Assembly: GCA_048550035.1 (NCBI GenBank) | Contig: JBLYYQ010000011.1 | Location: 1 to 42,459, forward strand | Reading direction: 5' to 3' | From: Nitrospinota bacterium | GTDB taxonomy: Bacteria > Nitrospinota_A > UBA7883 > JBLYYQ01 | Length of the DNA: 42,459 bases | In this document: positions 18,507 to 26,603 of the stretch, one piece after another | Layout: each line of letters opens with the position of its first letter | Numbering within the stretch: the first letter of the stretch is position 1 | Notes under the pieces: model-generated | Database searches by the model: none | Told to the model about the DNA's origin: nothing | What the model saw: only the letters and a program-made list of their open reading frames with translations | Program-made: the position numbers and the translations under genes

Positions 18507-20294
18507 ATGTCTTTTATTAGGTCGATAGGGTCATATATAGCTCTATTAATTTTAGTTGCTCTAATAATCGGTTCTGCCTGCTCGAGTCGTGATGGTGATG
18601 GATCGTTTCCGTCTCCCTCTGACGATGATGATGATGGGCAAACAGGATATGAGGAGTTATTGCAGCGATGCACAGAGGCATCTGTAATAGAGTGTGACAA
18701 GGAGGATGTAGCAGATTATTCCATCGTAGAGGGTTGCACTAGAGCTTATATAGCTAGCTGTACTTCTACTACAGCAGATAAATGTAGTGTAGATTATGCC
18801 ACTAAAACAGTAGTAGGGCGAAACTATGCCAAGCAGAGAAACAGAGATGATTTTGCCGATGATAGCATTGTAGAAACTGCTCGTGACAACTATAGAGTGG
18901 AAATAAAGTCTCTTCATAATGTGACATTAGTTGGCGGTGAATCTAGGATATTTAACATCGAACTTGATGGATTCACAGCTGGAACCATACATTCAGTTAT
19001 CGTATCAGCTGACTATGACTTCGTAATAAATACTGTTACATATGAGAATGGTGGCTCTCCTATTGTAAAAGCATCTACACTTTATGAAATTCCGACTCAA
19101 CCATATAACGAACTAGAATTAGAAGAAGGCTTTGACAGGCTGCCATACTTTTATAGTTTTGCTGGTTATAGTGATCTTTTGACTAAGTCAGTCACACTTC
19201 CACCCTCTTCAGAGACAGTTATCAAAAATAGATTCCAAGATGGAGTTTATAACATTGAAGTTACAAACTATACTAGCAATGAGAACCCGATTGAAATAAC
19301 ATTGGTCACCAGAGAAACTATCACCGAAGCAGAAAAGAAAATTAAACTAAACTTTGTCACCTATAATTACTCAGGCTTCCAAGTTCCTCATATCACTAAT
19401 AGTGAATCGGCTAAGGAGCTTGCTGGCTATGTTTCAGAGATATTTAGGAATGCTGGTGATGTGGTAACAATAGATGTAGATAATGTAACTTTTAATAGTT
19501 TTGAGGATGAATGTTTAGTCGAGGCTGTTAGAAGTGAAACAGATCTTCTTTCCTCTCTCTTGTCGTTGGAGTCGCAATATATTGCAAAACGAATTCAGGA
19601 TGCGGGAGCGAGTGATAATTTTCACGAAGATGGTATTAACATATTACTCTTTGAAAAGATATCTGACGACATCCTTGGGATATCTTCATCAATTCCTGGC
19701 ATGGCAAACAGGCAAGGGACAACCATCTCTTCTGTCATGGCACAGATGACACGTAATTTTGAGGAGGGCTGGATTGTCGGATATGCAAAAATAGTACCTC
19801 TTGCTGATCAATGCGGTGATGGATATAAGTATGTTGGTAATGGTTGGGATGCACACTACTGTTGTCCTGTTGGATATGACTTTTCCTACAGACATGACCG
19901 CTCGATATGTTATATTTTCCTAGATTCAGAAGATGCGAAAAAAACGGCTGATGAACTATTTGTATCAGCTGTATTAGCGCATGAGCTAGGCCATTTTATG
20001 GGACTATTTCACACCATAGAATTCAATTGGTCATATGTCCCTGCAGTCAATGATTTTGTGCGATGTTCATTAAGAGGACATGATTCTAACAACGATGGTA
20101 TTATCTCCTTTGGCGAGTGTGATGTGGCAGGTGCAGATGATAATGCATTGGAGAACCTTATGTTCCCTGCGGCAGACCCCTATAGTCTGGTTACTAAAGA
20201 GACGCTAGCTGACAGTCCTACACAAAATTTTAATGCTCAAAAACTAACTGATGGACAACGTTCGGTGCTAGAAAATTTTCCGGCTGCATACTGA
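18507..20294 (+). CDS. Lipoprotein zinc metalloprotease, metzincin (M43/pappalysin-like) catalytic domain at the C-terminus with a ~490-aa N-terminal region of unknown fold
   Basis: Lipobox LIIGSAC then a poly-Asp linker. HELGHFMGLFH (19980-20012) fits HExxHxxGxxH. A canonical EF-hand loop DSNNDGIISFGE lies at 20082-20117. ENLMFP is a candidate Met-turn, and LTDGQRSVL resembles the M43 C-terminal FTxGQxxRM block. Confidence 0.75.
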   Translation: MSFIRSIGSYIALLILVALIIGSACSSRDGDGSFPSPSDDDDDGQTGYEELLQRCTEASVIECDKEDVADYSIVEGCTRAYIASCTSTTADKCSVDYATKTVVGRNYAKQRNRDDFADDSIVETARDNYRVEIKSLHNVTLVGGESRIFNIELDGFTAGTIHSVIVSADYDFVINTVTYENGGSPIVKASTLYEIPTQPYNELELEEGFDRLPYFYSFAGYSDLLTKSVTLPPSSETVIKNRFQDGVYNIEVTNYTSNENPIEITLVTRETITEAEKKIKLNFVTYNYSGFQVPHITNSESAKELAGYVSEIFRNAGDVVTIDVDNVTFNSFEDECLVEAVRSETDLLSSLLSLESQYIAKRIQDAGASDNFHEDGINILLFEKISDDILGISSSIPGMANRQGTTISSVMAQMTRNFEEGWIVGYAKIVPLADQCGDGYKYVGNGWDAHYCCPVGYDFSYRHDRSICYIFLDSEDAKKTADELFVSAVLAHELGHFMGLFHTIEFNWSYVPAVNDFVRCSLRGHDSNNDGIISFGECDVAGADDNALENLMFPAADPYSLVTKETLADSPTQNFNAQKLTDGQRSVLENFPAAY

Positions 20295-20368
20295 CGCAAT
20301 CTTTTGATTTTGAGATAAAAGACAATATAATTGTATCTGCAATAAATCAATCAATATTTATCTAAGCG

Positions 20369-21301
20369 ATGGCTATAAATAAAATAGATGCATTTGTTAT
20401 GTGTGGGGAAGGTCGTGCTAGCAAGCGGGTGCTCAACAAAAATAAATCAATGTTACAGGTAGGCGAGCTGCCGAGCTTTTTACATGTTATAAATGGCCTA
20501 AATAAAGTTTCGAGAATCGATCGAATTTTTGTTATCGGGATCAAATCAGAGCTAGATCAATATATTAACCAATATAAGCTTCCATTTGATAAAGAGGTGA
20601 TAACGCTTATGCAGCGTAGGAATCTTGTTGAGAACGCTATTTTTGCATTTAATGAGGCGCTTCATTCCTCTGACAAGTTGAGAACTAATGACGATAGTAG
20701 ATTAGGTCTCTATGTAAGTGGTGATGCACCGTTAGTAACAGAATTAGAGTTGAATCAATTTATAGATAATGCAGATACGAACTCTTCTGACTACATTATT
20801 GGAATGACTCCTGATTTTGCATTGGAACAATTTGAACCAAAAGATAATCAACCTGGAGTCAAGATGGCATATCTCAATATTAAACAGGGTCGATTCCGTA
20901 TAAATAATCTCCACCTCGTAAGACCAACTAGGATCAGAAATATTGAACCGATCCAGACCATGTATAATCTCCGTTACCAAAAGAAACTTTCTAATATAAT
21001 ACAGGTTGCGCACTTTGCGTGGAATCTGAAAGTCCGCTCCAGCCTTTCGATATACTTTGCTCTCATTAGCTCTATGGCATTTGCGGGTCTAAAGCTTGAT
21101 AAGATTGCAAAGTATCTTGGAGATTTAGTTGAAGAGGATGATGTCAAATATGTGGTTGGTCAGATATTAGGCTGCGCAGTTGGCTTTTCTATCACAGACT
21201 ATGGAGGTGCAGCGCTAGATATTGATAATGAACATGATTATAAAACTATTCGACTAAGATTTGAAGAATGGAAATCGATAATTCATCAGAGGAAGAACTA
21301 G
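20369..21301 (+). CDS. Nucleotidyltransferase-like protein (MobA-like NTP-transferase / GT-A fold N-terminal domain) with ~120-aa C-terminal extension
   Basis: IDAFVMCGEGRASKR...K.ML.VGELPSFLHVINGL...RIFVIG and YVSGDAPLVT resemble the nucleotide-binding loop and the DxP block of NTP_transf_3-type enzymes. This is by-eye assignment only. Confidence 0.5.
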   Translation: MAINKIDAFVMCGEGRASKRVLNKNKSMLQVGELPSFLHVINGLNKVSRIDRIFVIGIKSELDQYINQYKLPFDKEVITLMQRRNLVENAIFAFNEALHSSDKLRTNDDSRLGLYVSGDAPLVTELELNQFIDNADTNSSDYIIGMTPDFALEQFEPKDNQPGVKMAYLNIKQGRFRINNLHLVRPTRIRNIEPIQTMYNLRYQKKLSNIIQVAHFAWNLKVRSSLSIYFALISSMAFAGLKLDKIAKYLGDLVEEDDVKYVVGQILGCAVGFSITDYGGAALDIDNEHDYKTIRLRFEEWKSIIHQRKN

Positions 21302-22377
21302 TTTAAGAGCTTCTGTAATGTTGCAATTCGATCTCTTAGAACTGTTGGATTGATATTGGACAAGCTATTCTCAAGAAGCGTAGCAACCTTTTCTATCTTT
21401 CCTTGACGCAACAGAGCAATGGCTGCTCTATAAGAATTAAAATAACCAAACGGATCAAGCTTTGCTAATTGTTGATAAAATTTTGCGCTAGAGTGATAAT
21501 CTTTATTTAGCCATGCCAGTTCAGCTAGCAACGATAGCTCGTAGTCATTATCGGCACCAATATTAGAGTTCAAGCGAGCTACTAATTGATTAGCCTGCTC
21601 TATATTTTTAGTTTTTATCGCTAGCGATAAAGATGAGATAAGTGTTAAATGATGATCGTTAATAATTTTTAGAGAGTTTTGATACTGACAAGCAGCTTTT
21701 TCAAAATTAGAATTAATCTGAAACTTGTCACCATTAATCAGATAAAATGTACTTTTTAGCTCATCAAAATTAGCAATATTCTGAATAAAATTGAGAAAGT
21801 GAGCAACAATCCAGCTGATATTTAATCCAAAACGATCAATTATATTTAAAAGCAGGTCAGTGACAACCCAAGAAGAATCTTCTTTGAATTCGGCACCATC
21901 GTCAGATTGATCTTGAGCAAAAATCTCCTTTTCAATTTCGAGTAATAATTTGGCTTGCAACCTAAAATTTAGCTGCTCAACCTGATCTGCGAGCTTGAAA
22001 AGAGAGGTATAGTTATTAACTTTTGCTTCAAGTAAACAGCTTAGCGCCTTGATAAAAAGATTTTTACTAGAGATTGATTTAGCAAAATTTAATTCAATAA
22101 CTGCCTGATCAAATTGAGCGTGGTCGATTAATTTTTCTGCCAAAAACAGATGATATGGCAATGACTTCCCTCGATATGCTACGGCATGTTGAAAATCTTT
22201 TATATTATCCGCAAGAAGAATACGCTGAACAAACGCTTTGAGTATTGTCTTGCTCGTTGGAGCTTTTGAGCTCTCTATTAATGATGAAAGTTTTTCTATT
22301 CTCTTTTTCGACGACCCAAAATGAAGTGCAACTCCAAGCTTCAAATAGTCAATCTTGCTAGCTAGGATAGGAAGCAA
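21298..22377 (-). CDS. TPR-like helical repeat protein, unknown function
   Basis: 359-aa alpha-helical repeat sequence, e.g. LAELAWLNKDYHSSAKFYQQLAKLDP and YRAAIALLRQGKIEKVATLLENSL. TTG start 11 nt downstream of the rplI stop, on the same strand. There is no ATG near the N-terminus. Confidence 0.55.
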   Translation of the reverse strand: MLPILASKIDYLKLGVALHFGSSKKRIEKLSSLIESSKAPTSKTILKAFVQRILLADNIKDFQHAVAYRGKSLPYHLFLAEKLIDHAQFDQAVIELNFAKSISSKNLFIKALSCLLEAKVNNYTSLFKLADQVEQLNFRLQAKLLLEIEKEIFAQDQSDDGAEFKEDSSWVVTDLLLNIIDRFGLNISWIVAHFLNFIQNIANFDELKSTFYLINGDKFQINSNFEKAACQYQNSLKIINDHHLTLISSLSLAIKTKNIEQANQLVARLNSNIGADNDYELSLLAELAWLNKDYHSSAKFYQQLAKLDPFGYFNSYRAAIALLRQGKIEKVATLLENSLSNINPTVLRDRIATLQKLLN

Positions 22378-22388
22378 AGCTCAATCTA

Positions 22389-22970
22389 TCAGTCAGGTTC
22401 AATTTGAGTTGCAATCATATCAGGATCAACCGGCTCATCGTCTTCAGTAATCTCAATTGGTTGTTCTTGCGGACTCTCTTCTGAAACTTCATCATCATTG
22501 CTCGAATCTGACTTTTGATCATCTTCACTTTTGACAATGATGTCAATTTTGGCACTCACATCTTGAAAGAGCTTGATTGAGACATCAAACAGACCTAACG
22601 CTTTAATAGGCTGTGCGAGTGTAATCTGCTTACGTTCAATATTGAATCCCTTACTTGTTAATGCAGCTTCAATGTCGATAGATGTTACAGAGCCAAACAG
22701 TTTCCCAGTCTCGCCTGCTTTTTGAAAGAAAATAAGCTCCTTAACACTCTCTTCCAGCAATTTTTTCTGATCCGTTGCCTCTGATAACACCTGAGCAAGT
22801 TTTCTTGCTCGATGCTTACGATTGTTCTCAAAAGTTTTTAAATTACCGTCCGATGCGACAACAGCAAGTTTCTTAGGGATAAGAGAGTTTCTTGCATACC
22901 CATCTTTTACTTCGACCTCATCACCAGGTGAACCTAAATTAGGGATAAAATCATTTAATATAACACGCAT
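22389..22970 (-). CDS. rplI: 50S ribosomal protein L9 with ~45-aa acidic C-terminal extension
   Basis: MRVILNDFIPNLGSPGDEVEVKDGYARNSLIPKKLAV is a typical L9 N-domain. After about residue 148 comes the tail SEDDQKSDSSNDDEVSEESPQEQPIEITEDDEPVDPD. Confidence 0.92.
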   Translation of the reverse strand: MRVILNDFIPNLGSPGDEVEVKDGYARNSLIPKKLAVVASDGNLKTFENNRKHRARKLAQVLSEATDQKKLLEESVKELIFFQKAGETGKLFGSVTSIDIEAALTSKGFNIERKQITLAQPIKALGLFDVSIKLFQDVSAKIDIIVKSEDDQKSDSSNDDEVSEESPQEQPIEITEDDEPVDPDMIATQIEPD

Positions 22971-23087
22971 AATTACCTCATTTATAAATCAATAGTTTCA
23001 AGTATAGTTTAATTACTTTATGAAAAAATAACTAAATAAACTATTTCAATTTCAAAATATCGTTAATTTTCCTCTAAAAAGAGCTAA

Positions 23088-23333
23088 TTATTTAACCGAA
23101 TAAGTGTAGGGTATTAATGCTATTTGACGTGCCCGCTTAATAGCAATCGTTACTTTTCGTTGATGGTGTGAGCAACTTCCTGATATACGACTTGGTGCAA
23201 TTTTACCACGCTCACTTAATAGATTTTTTAATAATGCCACATTCTTATAGTCAATATTATCAACGTTATCTGTGCAAAACCTGCATAGTCTTTTCATTGT
23301 GGCAGTTTTATCATTTGCAAATCTGCTATTCAT
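23088..23333 (-). CDS. rpsR: 30S ribosomal protein S18
   Basis: CRFCTDNVDNIDYKNVALLKNLLSERGKIAPSRISGSCSHHQRKVTIAIKRARQIALIPY is the S18 signature. Confidence 0.94.
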   Translation of the reverse strand: MNSRFANDKTATMKRLCRFCTDNVDNIDYKNVALLKNLLSERGKIAPSRISGSCSHHQRKVTIAIKRARQIALIPYTYSVK

Positions 23334-23354
23334 ATTTTTTTCTTTCCTAAATTG

Positions 23355-23768
23355 TTAAAACGGTACATCATCGAAATTTTCATCAACAGCAGATGATGAG
23401 CTGCTACTGTCAGTCTCTCTATTAGCTCCGCCACCATCAGATTTTGAACCGAGAAAGATTACACGCTCTGCAACTACCTCATGTTTCGATCGTTTAGTAC
23501 CCTCATTTGTCTCCCAGCTACTATAAGAGATTCTCCCATCAATTGCGACTTGTCTCCCTTTTGCAAGATATTCTGAGCAAGATTCGCCCTGTTTGCCCCA
23601 GACTACAATATCAACAAATGTTACCTCTTCTTTTAGTTCATCACCTGCTTTATATTTCCTATTCATAGCAAGCCCAAACCTTGCTATTGCTACTCCAGAT
23701 GGTGTGTATCGCAACTCAGGGTCGCGTGTGAGATTGCCAATAAGGCAAACTTTATTCAATGAAGCCAT
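23355..23768 (-). CDS. ssb: Single-stranded DNA-binding protein
   Basis: MASLNKVCLIGNLTRDPELRYTPSGVAIARFGLAMNR is an OB fold. A Gly/Ser-rich linker is followed by the C-terminal acidic tip DENFDDVPF. Confidence 0.94.
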   Translation of the reverse strand: MASLNKVCLIGNLTRDPELRYTPSGVAIARFGLAMNRKYKAGDELKEEVTFVDIVVWGKQGESCSEYLAKGRQVAIDGRISYSSWETNEGTKRSKHEVVAERVIFLGSKSDGGGANRETDSSSSSSAVDENFDDVPF

Positions 23769-23776
23769 AATTCCTT

Positions 23777-24226
23777 CTAATTGATTGCTGAATCATTATT
23801 ATCTTTATCTACTGAATCTGATTGATCATCCTTCTCCTTAGTTGAAACCGTATCAGCTGGTGGAGTTTCAACAACAGTTGGGATTGCATTAGCAGTCTGC
23901 TCAGTAGTTTTATCTTCCAATTCCTCCGGTTTTGGGTCGTTATCTAGGATGATAAGAACCTTCAAGAGTAAATCAGAGTATTTACAAAATTTCTCGATTT
24001 CACTAATATCTGCTGGCGCTGCTTCAAACTTTAATAAGATGTAGTAGCCAGACTTTTGCTTTTTTATTGGATAAGCTAAACGTTTTTTACCCCATCTATC
24101 TTCAAGCAATATAGATCCACCATTTGGTTCTATAATCTTCATGAAAGAATTGATGAATTTTGTTATTTTATCATCATCGAGGTCATAACTAAGAATCAAT
24201 ACCGATTCATACTTTCTTAGAATCAT
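23777..24226 (-). CDS. rpsF: 30S ribosomal protein S6 with ~50-aa acidic/polar C-terminal extension
   Basis: RKYESVLILSYDLDDD...GGSILLEDRWGKKRLAYPIKKQKSGYYILLKFEA is the S6 core. The tail is DNDPKPEELEDKTTEQ...DDQSDSVDKDNNDSAIN. Confidence 0.9.
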   Translation of the reverse strand: MILRKYESVLILSYDLDDDKITKFINSFMKIIEPNGGSILLEDRWGKKRLAYPIKKQKSGYYILLKFEAAPADISEIEKFCKYSDLLLKVLIILDNDPKPEELEDKTTEQTANAIPTVVETPPADTVSTKEKDDQSDSVDKDNNDSAIN

Positions 24227-24306
24227 AAAAACTTCTCCTTTCGGTTGTTAAAATCGCCCCAATATTTCAATAAAACTAATGGAGCAAGGAGTTTCAATAT
24301 CCAATG

Positions 24307-24335
24307 ACGATAATCAGTTCTCCTCTATTTGTCAA
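24307..24335 (-). promoter_or_regulatory. Putative sigma70-type promoter for rpsF-ssb-rpsR-rplI (TTGACA-17 nt-TATCGT on the minus strand)
   Basis: Minus strand reads TTGACA (24335-24330), 17-nt spacer, TATCGT (24312-24307). This leaves a ~75-nt leader before the rpsF ATG (24226), with AGGAG SD at 24239-24235. Confidence 0.4.
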
Positions 24336-24376
24336 CAGGAAGTTATAAAGTAGGCTATTATAAACTGTTTTTAATA

Positions 24377-25399
24377 ATGGAAAATTTTTTATTAATGAGC
24401 AGACTAACAGTAGATGAAGCGGTAGGTCAACTCTTGATCATTGGATTTGAAGGTAAGCGCTATAGCTATAAGCTAGAGCAATTTTATAGAAAATATAGAC
24501 CTGCAGGGTTAATTTTATTTTCAAGGAACATTGAAAGTATTAAGCAAACAGAGGCGCTTACGACTGATTTAGCTAAAATGGGAGCAGATATCTCAGGTCG
24601 TCCTCTTCTTCTTGCAATTGACGAAGAAGGTGGAAGGGTAAGTCGCCTATCGCCTGATATGCCAAAGTTTCTATCGGCAAGAGAGATCGGAATTGAAGGG
24701 GATGCTAACGATGTAGTGACTCAATATCGGGCAATCGCCAATTTCCTTGTCTCAATTGGTCTAAACCTTGATTTTGCACCGGTTTTAGATATCAATAGCA
24801 ATAAAAAAAATAGTGTTATTGGTGATCGGGCATTCTCTAGCAACAAAGATCTAGTCGCAATATTAGGAAGAGCAGCAATAGTAGGTCTAAGAGAGGGTAA
24901 AGTTTTAGCATGCGCTAAACATTTTATAGGTCATGGCGGCACACTTTTAGATTCTCATTATACGCTGCCACACGATAGTCGTGATAAGGAGCTTATATTA
25001 GAAGATTCAGCCCCATTTCAAGAGGCTATTAATGAAGGTCTCAATTTTCTTATGCCAGCCCATGTAATCTATGATCAGATTGATAAAAGATTTCCTGCAA
25101 CATTTTCAGAGATAATACTAAAAGATTATCTACGCGATAAGTTTCAATACAAGAATATTGTCATAAGTGACGATCTACATATGGATGCTATATTAAATCA
25201 TTATGAACCTGATAACGTTGCTAGATTAGCATTCAAAGCAGGGATTGATATGCTCTTGATTTGTCATAATGAACAGTATATTAGTAAAATATTTAATGCG
25301 GCTAAAGAGGGGATAGATAGTGGCGACATTGATGAAACCTCTGTTTTGGCCTCAATGTTACGTGTTGAGCAGGCTCTTTCAAAACTTCCCCAGCCTTAG
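24377..25399 (+). CDS. nagZ: Beta-N-acetylhexosaminidase (GH3, NagZ-like)
   Basis: GQLLIIGFEG, IDEEGGRVSRL, KHFIGHGGTLLDSHYTLP and VISDDLHMDAI are GH3/NagZ blocks. The track start (TTG 24329) overlaps the predicted rpsF promoter. ATG 24377 or ATG 24395 (MSRLTVDEAVGQL) is more plausible. Confidence 0.86.
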   Translation: MENFLLMSRLTVDEAVGQLLIIGFEGKRYSYKLEQFYRKYRPAGLILFSRNIESIKQTEALTTDLAKMGADISGRPLLLAIDEEGGRVSRLSPDMPKFLSAREIGIEGDANDVVTQYRAIANFLVSIGLNLDFAPVLDINSNKKNSVIGDRAFSSNKDLVAILGRAAIVGLREGKVLACAKHFIGHGGTLLDSHYTLPHDSRDKELILEDSAPFQEAINEGLNFLMPAHVIYDQIDKRFPATFSEIILKDYLRDKFQYKNIVISDDLHMDAILNHYEPDNVARLAFKAGIDMLLICHNEQYISKIFNAAKEGIDSGDIDETSVLASMLRVEQALSKLPQP

Positions 25400-25413
25400 A
25401 ATTTAAAGATAAT

Positions 25414-25442
25414 CTTGACATAATAGCTATTTATTGCTAGAG
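25414..25442 (+). promoter_or_regulatory. Putative sigma70-type promoter for dnaN (TTGACA-17 nt-TAGAGT)
   Basis: TTGACA at 25414-25419, 17-nt spacer, TAGAGT at 25437-25442, about 60 nt upstream of the dnaN ATG. Confidence 0.33.
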
Positions 25443-25505
25443 TTCACAATAAAATTATGACACATAGTTTACTGGCAATTCAAATAATATTATTTAAGGT
25501 AAGTC

Positions 25506-26603
25506 ATGGAATTTAGAATTAATCGGAATGATTTTTTTAAAGGACTACAGCGGGTACAGTCGATCTCTACAACAAGAGGAACGATGCCAATACTAGCAAA
25601 TATCTTAATTAAGGCATCGGGCGAGAAAGTTTCTATTTTTGCAACAAACTTAGAGATCGGATTGAAAGGTGAGTATGAAGCTCAAGTTGTAGAAGAAGGT
25701 GCTATTACTGTTTCTGCTAAAAAAGTGCACGATATTGTAAGAGAGCTTCCAACTGGAGAGATACTAGTTAAAGAGAGTGATGGTAGGTTAAGATTGTCGT
25801 ATGGCAATTCTCGCTTTAATCTTGCAACATTGCCATCCGCAGACTACCCATCGTTTTTAGATTTCAAAGAATCCAATTTTATTAAACTAAAATCGAAACT
25901 GTTAGCCGATATGATTCGGAAGACTAGCTATGCAATAAGCAAAGATGAGACAAGAAGGACTTTGACAGGAGCATTGCTAGAAATCGATCCTAAAAGTACA
26001 AAGATGGTTGCAACAGATGGACATAGGCTAGGGTTAGTAGAGAGAGCTGGTTCATTTAAAGTAACTGATAATATTAAAATAATTGTTGCCCGTAAAGCGA
26101 TAGAGGAGCTATCTAAATTAATTTTAGAATCAGATGGTGATATTGAATTCTTAGCACATGACAACTATATAATTTTTAAAATTGAGAACCAATATATGAG
26201 TGCCAAACTGATTGAAGGAGCATTTCCTAACTATGATCAGGTTATTCCAAAAGAGCATACTGCAGAGGTCAATATATCAAAAGAGGCATTTTATTACACA
26301 TTAAGGCGTGTTTCTACATTAGCAGACGAAAAATCTCATATGGTCAAGCTGACTTTCCATAATGACAAACTCTCATTTATGAGTGAAGGGGGAGGCATTG
26401 GCGAAGCAAGAGATGAGCTTGAGATCAAATATTCAGGTGAGAGAATAGAGATAGGGTTAAACTCGAACTATCTTTTAGATCTACTCAATGCTATTGATGG
26501 CGACGAAGTAAAAATTAAGATTTCCGACCTTCTAGGTCCACTACTGATAGAATCAGAATCAGACGAAAAATCTATAGGTATTATTATGCCGATGCGTCTC
26601 TAA
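25506..26603 (+). CDS. dnaN: DNA polymerase III beta sliding clamp
   Basis: MEFRINRNDFFKGLQRVQSISTTRGTMPILANILIKA...ATDGHRL...EGAFPNYDQVIP...IIMPMRL is end-to-end DnaN-like over 365 aa. Confidence 0.96.
   Translation: MEFRINRNDFFKGLQRVQSISTTRGTMPILANILIKASGEKVSIFATNLEIGLKGEYEAQVVEEGAITVSAKKVHDIVRELPTGEILVKESDGRLRLSYGNSRFNLATLPSADYPSFLDFKESNFIKLKSKLLADMIRKTSYAISKDETRRTLTGALLEIDPKSTKMVATDGHRLGLVERAGSFKVTDNIKIIVARKAIEELSKLILESDGDIEFLAHDNYIIFKIENQYMSAKLIEGAFPNYDQVIPKEHTAEVNISKEAFYYTLRRVSTLADEKSHMVKLTFHNDKLSFMSEGGGIGEARDELEIKYSGERIEIGLNSNYLLDLLNAIDGDEVKIKISDLLGPLLIESESDEKSIGIIMPMRL

Noticed and set aside
22971-23087. AT-only 8-bp inverted repeat (aatagttt / aaactatt, 22991-22998 and 23038-23045) in the rpsR-rplI spacer
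   Set aside because: It has a 39-nt loop and an all-A/T stem, and such a match is expected by chance in this composition.
25400-25505. Replication origin next to dnaN
   Set aside because: The spacer is only 106 nt, there is no cluster of DnaA-box-like 9-mers, no AT-rich unwinding repeats stand out from background, and dnaA is absent.
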